Shown here piece by piece: positions 7,263 through 16,358 of a DNA stretch of 64,000 nt. The translations under genes were made by a program, and so were the position numbers. How positions within the stretch are numbered: position 1 is the stretch's first letter; the number at the start of each line of letters is the position of its first letter. Source of the stretch: Clostridiales bacterium (GTDB taxonomy: Bacteria; Bacillota; Clostridia; TANB77; CAG-508); assembly GCA_003507395.1 (NCBI GenBank), contig DNVW01000006.1, forward strand, positions 98,249-162,248, read 5' to 3'. Under the pieces are notes generated by a model. That model did no database searches. It was given only the letters and a program-made list of their open reading frames with translations, and was not told the DNA's origin.

Positions 7263-8828
7263 TTAGAAATGTTTACCTTTTTTTCTTTTTGTGTCTTCTT
7301 TTTCTTCTTCTTCCTCATAATAATTATTTTCGCTATTTGTTATTTCTTCTTCTTTTCCAAAATTCTCTAAATATTCTTTTTTATTTTGTTCCTTTTCATT
7401 TCCTATAGTATTTTCTTCATTTTTTTCATCTGTAAAGTCTTGTTTATCTTTTTTTGCTTTTGCTTTATCTCTTTTTATTATTTTTAATAAAATGATTAAG
7501 CTTATTATTCCTGCTATAATATAAAATATTTCTTTAGCAGAAATTTTAGGAAATATACTTTGTTTTTCTTCTTGTGCAATTTTTTTATCTACTGTTATTT
7601 GATATGTTGTTGTTTCATTTGTTTTGCTTGATTTAACTAATATTGTTATTACATTTTCTCCATCTTTTAAATTTTTGTTTCCTAATACTTCTACTATTGC
7701 ATCTTCATCATTTGTTGTAGCATTTACAATTAACTCTGTTATTTCTTTATTTTCTAATGTTGCTACATAGTCAAATATATCTGGTGAAAATGCAGGATTT
7801 AAATTAATATTTTCTATTGTTAAGGTTGCTAATCTTAAACTAGATGTAGCAGTAGCTTTTTCTTTTGTCGCTGTTATTATATATGTTCTAATAGTTCCAT
7901 CTTCTGCTGTTACAGCTATTTTTATTACATTGTCTCCTTCAACCAATTTATCATTTCCTGTTATTTGGACTTTAGCTTTACTATCTTCTGCCTCTGCTTT
8001 AATTTCTAATTTTTCTATATTATTTGCAATTTTTATTGTGTAATCTGTAACATCTTTTTTAAATTCTGGAGTTAGTCCTTCTGGTTTTACTTCTAATTTA
8101 GATAAATTTTTATTTGTTGATTTTTCTTCTTTTGCTGGTGTCTCTACTGGTTTTTCTTCTACTGGTTTTGTTGTTGTCAAATATTCGCTATATATATATC
8201 CTGTTGAACCATTAAATGTTACTTTGCTCCAACCATTGTCTCCTTTACCTATACGTGTAACACTTTTTCCTTTTTCTAAAGAGCCTAATATACCACTACT
8301 CGTAGACCAACTTTTTCTAACATTTACTTCTGTAGTTGCATATACGGTTTCATTTACAGATGTAAATTTAGGCTCTGTTGGTGTAGGCATTGGTGTGCTT
8401 CCACCTGAAGATGTATTTTTAGTTTTTACTGTAACAGTTGCTGTTGCCGATGAAGATGCTACAGAACCACCATCAGCATTTTCCATATCTTTTGAAACAA
8501 ATACTACTTTGTAAGTAGTATCTTTACTTACTGTTGGTGTTTTAAATTTATATGTGGCTATTCCATTTGTTATATTTTCTGCCTTCGCAAATGCTACTAA
8601 TGTTCCATTTACTGTACCTCCTGTTACACTTTCTAATGTTAAGCCTCCATTAGATGTAACATCAATTGCACCATTAGCTACAGGTTCTTGGCTACTGATT
8701 GTTATTGTTGCTGTTTCCCCTGAATAAACTGTAGGATCTGTTGTAATAATTCTTGCTTGTGAAGACGTACATAACCCTATTAAAATTAAAATTCCAAAAA
8801 TAAAAATAAATTTAATCTTTTTAATCAT
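7263..8828 (-). CDS. Secreted, membrane-anchored cell-surface protein (SH3b + cadherin-like beta-sandwich repeats)
   Basis: Signal peptide, an SH3b-like block (VNVRKSWSTSSGILGSL...GWSKVTFNGSTGYIYSEYL), two repeats of the L..L.V..G.L.P.F..D...Y type, a C-terminal TM helix and a charged tail. Confidence 0.7.
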   Translation of the reverse strand: MIKKIKFIFIFGILILIGLCTSSQARIITTDPTVYSGETATITISSQEPVANGAIDVTSNGGLTLESVTGGTVNGTLVAFAKAENITNGIATYKFKTPTVSKDTTYKVVFVSKDMENADGGSVASSSATATVTVKTKNTSSGGSTPMPTPTEPKFTSVNETVYATTEVNVRKSWSTSSGILGSLEKGKSVTRIGKGDNGWSKVTFNGSTGYIYSEYLTTTKPVEEKPVETPAKEEKSTNKNLSKLEVKPEGLTPEFKKDVTDYTIKIANNIEKLEIKAEAEDSKAKVQITGNDKLVEGDNVIKIAVTAEDGTIRTYIITATKEKATATSSLRLATLTIENINLNPAFSPDIFDYVATLENKEITELIVNATTNDEDAIVEVLGNKNLKDGENVITILVKSSKTNETTTYQITVDKKIAQEEKQSIFPKISAKEIFYIIAGIISLIILLKIIKRDKAKAKKDKQDFTDEKNEENTIGNEKEQNKKEYLENFGKEEEITNSENNYYEEEEEKEDTKRKKGKHF

Positions 8829-8840
8829 TTGTTTATCTCC

Positions 8841-11006
8841 TTATATTGATATATTGTTAAGGCCTACATAAGCTCTTAGAATTGTTGTTGAATCCGCAGG
8901 TGTTACTTTTCCATCATTATTTGTGTCTGCTGCTACTGTTGCTTCACCTGATAAGTTGACTAAACCTACGTATGCTCTTAAAATTATTGTTGAGTCTGCT
9001 GGTGTTACTTTTCCATCGCAATTTGAATCACCTTTAACTGCTATTATATAATCTTTTCCATCTATAGATATTTTATACCCTGTTGTTAAATTTCCTGTTG
9101 TTATGGTTGTATTGTCTTTTTTTATTACCGCATCACTATATGTAGCTTTAACTTTTTCTACTGTAGTATTTGGTATACATACAAAATTTGTATTTACTAT
9201 TTTAAAATCTTTTGAAGTAGTTGGATTGCTTGGTGATACTGGCTCTATATTTTGTTCATTTCCGCCTGCTCTTGCAGCATAACCTATAATACCACTTCCA
9301 GTTACAACCTTATCCCAAGTATATCCATCTTTTGTAGAAGCCGCTTTTTGTGTTCTTGTTAATATTGTACCTTTTTCTACTATTGTTAGGCATTTCGAAT
9401 TTATTCCTGGGCTTTCTCTAATTTTTAATCCATATTCACATACTACTTTAACTAACTCATTTCCAGATGTATCTGAGCCATCTGTTACAGTATTAAGATA
9501 TTTGTTAGCTAAATAGCCTTGTGTTCCATCACTTAATTTTACTCTATCCCAATCATATCCATTTAACCCATTATATTTACCCTTTTCTATTACAGTTACA
9601 GCCTGTCCTTCTGTTAATGTTGTAATAATTGTAGTATCTGTTGTACCTGGGCCATTTCTTAAATTAACATCTGTATTTGCTATAGCTTTTTCGTTGCAAT
9701 TTGTTATATCATCTACTTGCTTTAAATAATTTGATGTTATATATCCTTTAGTTCCATTTGCTAATACAACCTTATCCCACCTATTTCCACCTTCACTCGA
9801 TGCTCCTATTTCTATTCTTAATATTTTAGTTCCTACATTTAAGTTTCCTAAACTTTTAGCAGTAGATTTAGGCTCTTGTCTTACTGTAACAGTTGAATTA
9901 ATTATTTCTACATTTTGTGTCACTATAGTCTTGCTTCCTGGATAACGGCATTTTTCTTTTGGCATATTTTCATATACTGGTATTAAAAAATTAAATGGTA
10001 CTTCATTAGAAGAATTAACAAATCCCATTTTTTGATAAGTAGATTTCACTGTTTCTCCTTCTGTTTTAGCTGCAGATACATTTTGCATATATTGATGATA
10101 ATACAGCTCTGTTTCATAATCGTCTACAACATCAAATTTTTGTAAGTATAATGTACTTTGTCCATATTTTATATATTCTTTTGCTAAAAATTCGGCTCCT
10201 CCATAAATTGCTTTTTCTGGGGTTGTCCATCCTTTGTTTTTAGCATATTGTAATCCATTTGCCATAATATCGTCGCCAGTTGCTCCAATATTAAAGAAAT
10301 TATAGTAACCTCTATATGTTGAATTATAATTTCCAAAAACCATTTCTGTACCTGTCGTTCCTTGCTCTTGCACTATCCTACTAGCCAAATGATATGGGCT
10401 AATATTATATTTTTTCCCTGCCTCCATTAATACTTGAGCATATGATTTATTTATTGTTGCTTTTTTGCCTTCTGTTGTCATATATTCTATTTTATTGCCC
10501 TGTAAATATTGGCAATTAGCAAGAATTGTATTAACTCCATTTATTGTATGTAAGTCTTCATTATATCCTAATTCTTCAAATTGAAATATGTAGTCTTCGT
10601 ATAGAAAGTTTCTAGGATCCATATAATATGCTACTGCTGTTTCTGAAGCACCCTTCCATCTTCCTTCATCATATGTTTTTTTATTTGCTTCACAATATGC
10701 ACAAAGCCATTCTCCTGTTCTAGTCGCTGGTACTAAATTTCTAGCATGTTCTTCTGTTGTCTCGTTTTTTAAAACTTGGTTCCAATCTAGTCCTGTAAAA
10801 AATATAGTAAATGTCCATGTTGGGTGTTGTTCTTTTAGGTTATTAATTAATTCTGTATATCCAGGATAGTTTGATAATTTAGTAGTTTTGCTTTCTGGTT
10901 CTTTGTATTGTGCTGCTTTAACTTCTATTGACAAAAAATTTATAATTAAGACTAATAACATTATTATTATAATAGTAATACTTATTAATTTAGATAATTT
11001 TTTCAA
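8841..11006 (-). CDS. Cell-wall hydrolase: N-acetylglucosaminidase (GH73-like) + three SH3b repeats + dockerin-like C-terminus
   Basis: Signal/TM N-terminus; YHLASRIVQEQG...YNFFNIGA glucosaminidase block; repeated SH3b segments; duplicated DxNxDGKVTPADST.ILRAYVGL segments at the C-terminus. Confidence 0.75.
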   Translation of the reverse strand: MKKLSKLISITIIIIMLLVLIINFLSIEVKAAQYKEPESKTTKLSNYPGYTELINNLKEQHPTWTFTIFFTGLDWNQVLKNETTEEHARNLVPATRTGEWLCAYCEANKKTYDEGRWKGASETAVAYYMDPRNFLYEDYIFQFEELGYNEDLHTINGVNTILANCQYLQGNKIEYMTTEGKKATINKSYAQVLMEAGKKYNISPYHLASRIVQEQGTTGTEMVFGNYNSTYRGYYNFFNIGATGDDIMANGLQYAKNKGWTTPEKAIYGGAEFLAKEYIKYGQSTLYLQKFDVVDDYETELYYHQYMQNVSAAKTEGETVKSTYQKMGFVNSSNEVPFNFLIPVYENMPKEKCRYPGSKTIVTQNVEIINSTVTVRQEPKSTAKSLGNLNVGTKILRIEIGASSEGGNRWDKVVLANGTKGYITSNYLKQVDDITNCNEKAIANTDVNLRNGPGTTDTTIITTLTEGQAVTVIEKGKYNGLNGYDWDRVKLSDGTQGYLANKYLNTVTDGSDTSGNELVKVVCEYGLKIRESPGINSKCLTIVEKGTILTRTQKAASTKDGYTWDKVVTGSGIIGYAARAGGNEQNIEPVSPSNPTTSKDFKIVNTNFVCIPNTTVEKVKATYSDAVIKKDNTTITTGNLTTGYKISIDGKDYIIAVKGDSNCDGKVTPADSTIILRAYVGLVNLSGEATVAADTNNDGKVTPADSTTILRAYVGLNNISI

Positions 11007-11120
11007 TTATTACACCTCATTTGTTATATTTCGACAAATAAAGTATAGCATTTTTGTTCTTTTTAGTCAATTATTATAAATAAAAAGTAATATAATTGTA
11101 ATAATATTTAACATATGTAA

Positions 11121-11156
11121 AAAAGGTGAAGATCATATGTATAATTTTCACCTTTT
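11121..11156 (-). terminator. Terminator downstream of the 45-aa Cys-rich ORF
   Basis: AAAAGGTGAA...TTCACCTTTT stem with a 16-nt loop. A T-run follows on the minus strand. Confidence 0.5.
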
Positions 11157-11181
11157 CCTATTTTATTTTGAGTTATATGTT

Positions 11182-11319
11182 CTATCTACAGCAACATCCA
11201 AAGTTAGTAAATAATAGTAAAAATACTATTATAAAAAATAATATTGTATTATCGCTCCCATTACATCCGCATCCTCCAAATATTCCGTTGTTGCAACCAC
11301 AATTTCTATCGTCTTGCAT
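11182..11319 (-). CDS. Small Gly/Cys-rich membrane peptide (45 aa), YjcZ-like sporulation-type protein
   Basis: Manual translation: MQDDRNCGCNNGIFGGCGCNGSDNTILFFIIVFLLLFTNFGCCCR. GGAGG RBS 7 nt upstream and a terminator downstream. It is below the ORF-track size cutoff, and the overlapping plus-strand ORF 11126..11338 looks spurious. Confidence 0.6.
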   Translation of the reverse strand: MQDDRNCGCNNGIFGGCGCNGSDNTILFFIIVFLLLFTNFGCCCR

Positions 11320-11455
11320 TTTTTTACCTCCTTTTTAAATTTTTACTTACAATTCAAATGTATTTTTTGAACTGTAATTATTTTATAAATTTACTTATAT
11401 AATATTAGTATGCAAAACTTAAAATTTGTGTTACAATAACAGCGGAGGTTTTTAT

Positions 11456-13886
11456 ATGAGTAAAATTGAATTATTATCTCCGGTTGGAGATTGGAATTGC
11501 TTATTGGCAGCTGTTCAAAACGGTGCAGATAGTGTATATTTTGGATCAACACTTTTTAATGCTAGAGCTTCTGCAAATAATTTTGATATACCCACTTTAA
11601 AAAAAGCAATTGAATATTGTAAATTAAGAAATGTTAAAACATTTCTTACATTAAATATTCTAATTAAAAACGCTGAATTTAATGATGCCATAATATTAGC
11701 TAAAAAAGCTTACGAATTTGGAATTGATGCAATAATTGTGCAGGATCTTGGTCTTGCAAGATTCTTAATAAAAAACTTTCCAGACTTACCTATTCACGCT
11801 AGTACGCAAATGTCTATTCATAATTTAGAAGGAGTTTTAAAATTACAAAATCTAGGTTTTAAAAGAGTAGTACTTGCTCGCGAATTACCAATAAACGAAA
11901 TTCAGTACATATGCAAAAATACAAATATAGAAATTGAAACTTTTATTCATGGTGCTTTATGTATTTCATATTCTGGTCAATGTTTATTTTCTAGCATAAT
12001 TGGTGGAAGATCTGGTAATAGAGGCAAATGTGCTGGTCCTTGTAGATTGCCTTATGAATTATTACTTCATAATGATAATTCAAATAAAGATACTCTTCTT
12101 GATAAAGGATACTTATTAAGTCCAAAGGATTTATGTAGCCTTAATTATTTGCCACAGCTTATTGAAGCAGGAGTAAAATGTTTTAAAATAGAAGGTAGAC
12201 TAAAAAGTCCTGAATATGTGGCAGTAGTTACTAAAATATATAGAAAATATATAGACAAAATATTGAATAAAGAAAATTATGTGGTGGAAGATTCGGATAT
12301 GCAACAATTGTTGCAAATGTTTAATAGAGGTCGGTTTCTCAGATGGGCACCTATCAGATTTACCTAATAAAGACTTAATCTTTAAAGAAAGACCTAATAA
12401 TATTGGCTTGTATCTTGGAAATATTAGTAAGTTTAATAGTGCAAAAGGTCACATTACTTTAACTTTAAATGAAGATTTAGCTATTGGTGATACAATTTAT
12501 ACAGAAAATGAAAGTGTGAAATATACTGTTTCTGAATTAATGCAAAAAACCTTAAATCTTTCAGAAGCTCAAAGTGGCATGAAGGTAACTATTGGAAGAA
12601 TGAAAGGTAATATAGCTGTTGGAGATAAAGTATACAAATTAACTAGCAAAAATTTACTAAACTCTGCTAGACTTTCTTATACTAATTGTGAAAATAGGAA
12701 AATAAACATTAATGCAAATGTAATTGTAAAAAAAGGCACACCTATTAGTATGTCTATTAACTATAATAATAAACTTATCACTTCAACCACAAATGTTATT
12801 CCATCTCCTGCTCTCACACAACCTATTACAGCCGACAGAATTATAAAACAGATTTCTAAAACATCTAATACTCCTTTTAATTTTAAAACAATCAATGTTC
12901 AACTTGATGATGGTTTATTCATCCCTAATATTAGTGTTTTAAATGAATTAAGAAGAAATATTCTTGACAAGTTGCAAAATACTATAATATCTGAAAATGT
13001 TAGAACTTCTAGCTTAAATATTGATAATATTCAACAGCCATATGATATTGCTGAAAACCAAACATTAAAAAACAAAAAAATATCTGTTTTATTACGTAAT
13101 ATAAATCCTAAATTTGATTATACAAATTTAGATTTTAAAAATATTAATAATTTATACATTCCATTAAAAAGTTTTATTAGCAAAAACTTAAAGGAAACTT
13201 TATCTTACTTATCTGACAATATAAACACTTATATTTACTTACCTTCTGTCATAAAAAACAATTATAAAAATATAATAAAGAACTATTTAGAAGATATAAT
13301 AAAAAAATATAAAATAAAAGGATTTGTTATTTCAAATTTATCTAATTTAAAGTTCCTTGAAAAATACACAGATGATTTTGAAATTGTTGGCAATTCATCT
13401 TTAAATATCTTTAATAATTTTTCAATAAAGGAATGTGTTGAATATGGTATAAACAGAGTAACTTTATCCCGAGAATTAAGTAAAGCAGAATTAGATGACA
13501 TTCTTAAATACAATCTTAATGTAGATACAGAATTAATTGTTTATGGCACTTTGCCTATAATGTCTTGCAATTATTGTTTCTTAGGCAAATCTAATATGTG
13601 CTACCCTGAATGTAAAGCACTATGTTCGGATAATAATTCATATTATTTAAAAGATCGATTAGGATTTAAATTTAGAATAATTCCAGATAAAATACAATCA
13701 ATAACATCTATATTTAATAGCAAAATATTATCTATCCCGACTAAAACTTTAAATATTTCATCTGTCAGAATAGATATTTTAGATGAAAATATATCAGAAA
13801 TAAATAAAATTGTTGCAATTGTAAAAAGCGGTAAAACTTTAGAAGGAAAGAACTATACAACAGGAAGACTAGAAGAAGAAAAATAA
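11456..13886 (+). pseudogene. U32-family peptidase (collagenase-like), split by a +1 frameshift near 12332
   Basis: ORFs 11426..12367 and 12279..13886 overlap in different frames. Reading ...LQMFNRG then GFSDGHLSDL... restores one protein if the C at 12332 is skipped. The true start MSKIELLSPVGDW is at 11456, after GGAGG. Confidence 0.75.
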
Positions 13887-13887
13887 T

Positions 13888-13957
13888 GCCAAAGGGGACG
13901 GGGAATTTTGGCACATTTTAATCAAAAAGTGTGCCAAAATTCCCCGTCCCCTTTGGC
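13888..13957. terminator. Perfect 28-bp GC-rich palindrome between convergent genes (probable bidirectional terminator)
   Basis: GCCAAAGGGGACGGGGAATTTTGGCACA (13888-13915), a 14-nt loop, then its exact reverse complement (13930-13957), followed by a partial tandem CCTTTGGCA copy. Confidence 0.6.
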
Positions 13958-13971
13958 ACCCTTTGGCAACC

Positions 13972-14280
13972 CTATTGTGACACTGTCAATTTTATTAATA
14001 AATCCATATTGTCATCTTTTGCTGCTTTATTTCTACGTATTGCTCCGCATTTTTTACATTTGAATATTATTATATATCCTTTTTTTGAGTCTGGTTCTAC
14101 TCTTATAGGTTCTAAAATCCCATGACACGTTTCTTCCCTATCGCCTGGGTTTATATCTACATGTTTAGAATGTAAACAATAATTGCAATGATTTCTGCAA
14201 GAATATCCTAGTGGTTTTATTTTCTTACCACAATTTTCACATATAAATTCTTCATCTATTTCAAAAAATTTTTTTTTCAT
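13972..14280 (-). CDS. RNHCP-domain zinc-binding protein
   Basis: Contains the CRNHCNYC (RNHCP) signature plus additional CxxC pairs. Confidence 0.7.
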   Translation of the reverse strand: MKKKFFEIDEEFICENCGKKIKPLGYSCRNHCNYCLHSKHVDINPGDREETCHGILEPIRVEPDSKKGYIIIFKCKKCGAIRRNKAAKDDNMDLLIKLTVSQ

Positions 14281-14340
14281 TTTTCACCTACTCTATTTTT
14301 ATTTTTAATATAGTGCGTGTTTATAATGATCTTTTAAACT

Positions 14341-15984
14341 CTATTGTTCAAAGATACTTCCACCAATAAATTCTCTTAACAATGAATTTCTAGGAACTAA
14401 TTCATCAGGAATGTCCTCAAAATAATTTAAAAGATTATATAAATTTTTAGCTTCTGAAAATTCTTTTGATACATTAGTAATTTCTTTTAATAGTGGATGT
14501 GCATGTTTTTTTAACACGCATAATTCGTAAATCAAAGATGTATTAAACATACTATCTGCTTCCTCTTGAAAAGGATAAATATACTTTTCTTCCCCTTTAT
14601 TTACTGAAAGCCATGTTTGCAAAGTATGTAATGCACTATAACTTCTAAATTGATAATCTCTTACAATTCTTCTTATAAGTCTTGTATCTGTTGTTGAAAT
14701 TCTATTATAATAATCTATATTTAATACAGTTAGTGCACTTATATATATTTTATACTTTTGTTCTTTTGGAATTGACTCTGTCAACTTGTCATTTAAACAA
14801 TGGATTCCTTCCATTACTAATACTTCGTCATCTGCTAATTTCATTTTTTCTCCATGATATTCTTTGTTCCCAGTTTTAAAGTTAAATGTTGGAACGTCAA
14901 TTTCTTCTCCATTTAACAATTTAGTTAAATGTTCATTAAATAATTTCAAATCTATTGCCTCTATACATTCAAAATCATATGTCCCATCTGAATGTTTTGG
15001 ATTATCTTTTCTTTCTACAAAGTAATTATCTACAGATATTGTAACTGGTTTCAAACCATTTAATCTTAATTGTATACCTAATCTTTTAGCAAATGTTGTC
15101 TTGCCTGAAGATGATGGTCCTGCTATTAATATTGCTTTTACATTTTTTCTTTCTATTATTTTATCTGCTATATCCGAAATTTTCTTTTCATGTAAAGCTT
15201 CAGCTAAAGATATGATATCTTGTGCTTTTCCTTCTGATATAGCTTTGTTTAGTTTATATACTGTACCTATTCCCAATGTTTTATGAATATCTTCATATTC
15301 GTCTAACGTATTTAATAATTTTTTAGTTTCGTGATAATCATCTAAAGCATTTGGTGAATTTTTAGATGGATATCTTAGTAAAAATCCATCATGATATTTT
15401 ATAACTTCAAATTTTTTTATATATCCTGTACTTACTGGCATTACACCATAAAAATAGTTATAATATTCCTCACAAAAGTATAATGATACTTCATCTTTTT
15501 CTTTGTTTTCTAATTGTAATATTCCTCTTAATGTTTTCTCTTTTTCATAGAATTTAATTGCTTCTTCTTTTGTCATTTCTATCTTTTTTATTTCTAAATC
15601 TTTTTTTACAATATCATTCATTTTTTCACTTAATTTTTTTATAAATTCTTCTGTTATTTCCATATTTTCTATTTCACATAACATAGAATTAGATAATTGA
15701 TAATTTACCGTTAACAAAGCTTTTGGATATAGTTCATATAATGCTTTTGCCATTATATATAATAATCCTCTTATATAAACTCTTCTACCATCTCTTGTTG
15801 TTGTGTCTATTAATTCCACTTTATCTTCTGGCTCAACTTCATAATTTAAACTTTTTACTTCATTGTTACATTTACATGCAATAATATTATTCTCACTATT
15901 TTTAATTTCTTCCTTAAAAATATCTATTACTTTTTGTCTATTTTCTATCTCTAAATTTTTTTGACTTTTATATACTATTTTCAT
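14341..15984 (-). CDS. Nucleoside/uridine-kinase-family protein with an N-terminal TGS-like extension
   Basis: P-loop GPSSSGKTTFAKRL in the C-terminal half. The 547-aa architecture is typical of clostridial long uridine-kinase-like proteins. Confidence 0.65.
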   Translation of the reverse strand: MKIVYKSQKNLEIENRQKVIDIFKEEIKNSENNIIACKCNNEVKSLNYEVEPEDKVELIDTTTRDGRRVYIRGLLYIMAKALYELYPKALLTVNYQLSNSMLCEIENMEITEEFIKKLSEKMNDIVKKDLEIKKIEMTKEEAIKFYEKEKTLRGILQLENKEKDEVSLYFCEEYYNYFYGVMPVSTGYIKKFEVIKYHDGFLLRYPSKNSPNALDDYHETKKLLNTLDEYEDIHKTLGIGTVYKLNKAISEGKAQDIISLAEALHEKKISDIADKIIERKNVKAILIAGPSSSGKTTFAKRLGIQLRLNGLKPVTISVDNYFVERKDNPKHSDGTYDFECIEAIDLKLFNEHLTKLLNGEEIDVPTFNFKTGNKEYHGEKMKLADDEVLVMEGIHCLNDKLTESIPKEQKYKIYISALTVLNIDYYNRISTTDTRLIRRIVRDYQFRSYSALHTLQTWLSVNKGEEKYIYPFQEEADSMFNTSLIYELCVLKKHAHPLLKEITNVSKEFSEAKNLYNLLNYFEDIPDELVPRNSLLREFIGGSIFEQ

Positions 15985-16069
15985 ATCAATTCATTCCTTT
16001 CAGCATATTATATATCATATTTTTATTATATTATCAATATTACTTTATATTACAATTTAAATAAATATG

Positions 16070-16088
16070 GCTGGAGCACTGCTCCAGC
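16070..16088 (-). terminator. Terminator after the 58-aa Cys-rich ORF
   Basis: GC-rich hairpin GCTGGAG-CACTG-CTCCAGC, 5 nt after the stop. T-rich on the minus strand afterwards. Confidence 0.55.
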
Positions 16089-16092
16089 TATA

Positions 16093-16269
16093 TCATATTT
16101 TCCATCCACAACATAGTAATCTACCCCTGTTGCAATCACCGGTTCCTCTCTCCTCTTTTTTACAAGTAGGATAATGGCTGCATGGGTGTTTATCCCATGG
16201 GATCAATTTTTTTTCGGATGGAGGTTTGTAAGTAGGATCTCTATATGCCGGCCGTTTTTTGTTAGACAT
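16093..16269 (-). CDS. Small Cys/Pro/Lys-rich protein (58 aa), unknown function
   Basis: Manual translation: MSNKKRPAYRDPTYKPPSEKKLIPWDKHPCSHYPTCKKEERGTGDCNRGRLLCCGWKI. Locally GC-richer than its surroundings, weak AAGGA RBS, own terminator. Below the ORF-track cutoff. Confidence 0.5.
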   Translation of the reverse strand: MSNKKRPAYRDPTYKPPSEKKLIPWDKHPCSHYPTCKKEERGTGDCNRGRLLCCGWKI

Positions 16270-16358
16270 ACTATATTATCCTTTCTTTATTTTTTGCAAT
16301 TCATTGATTACAAGCAATAAATATTATATCATAAATTTCATTTTTTGTAAAATTTTTT

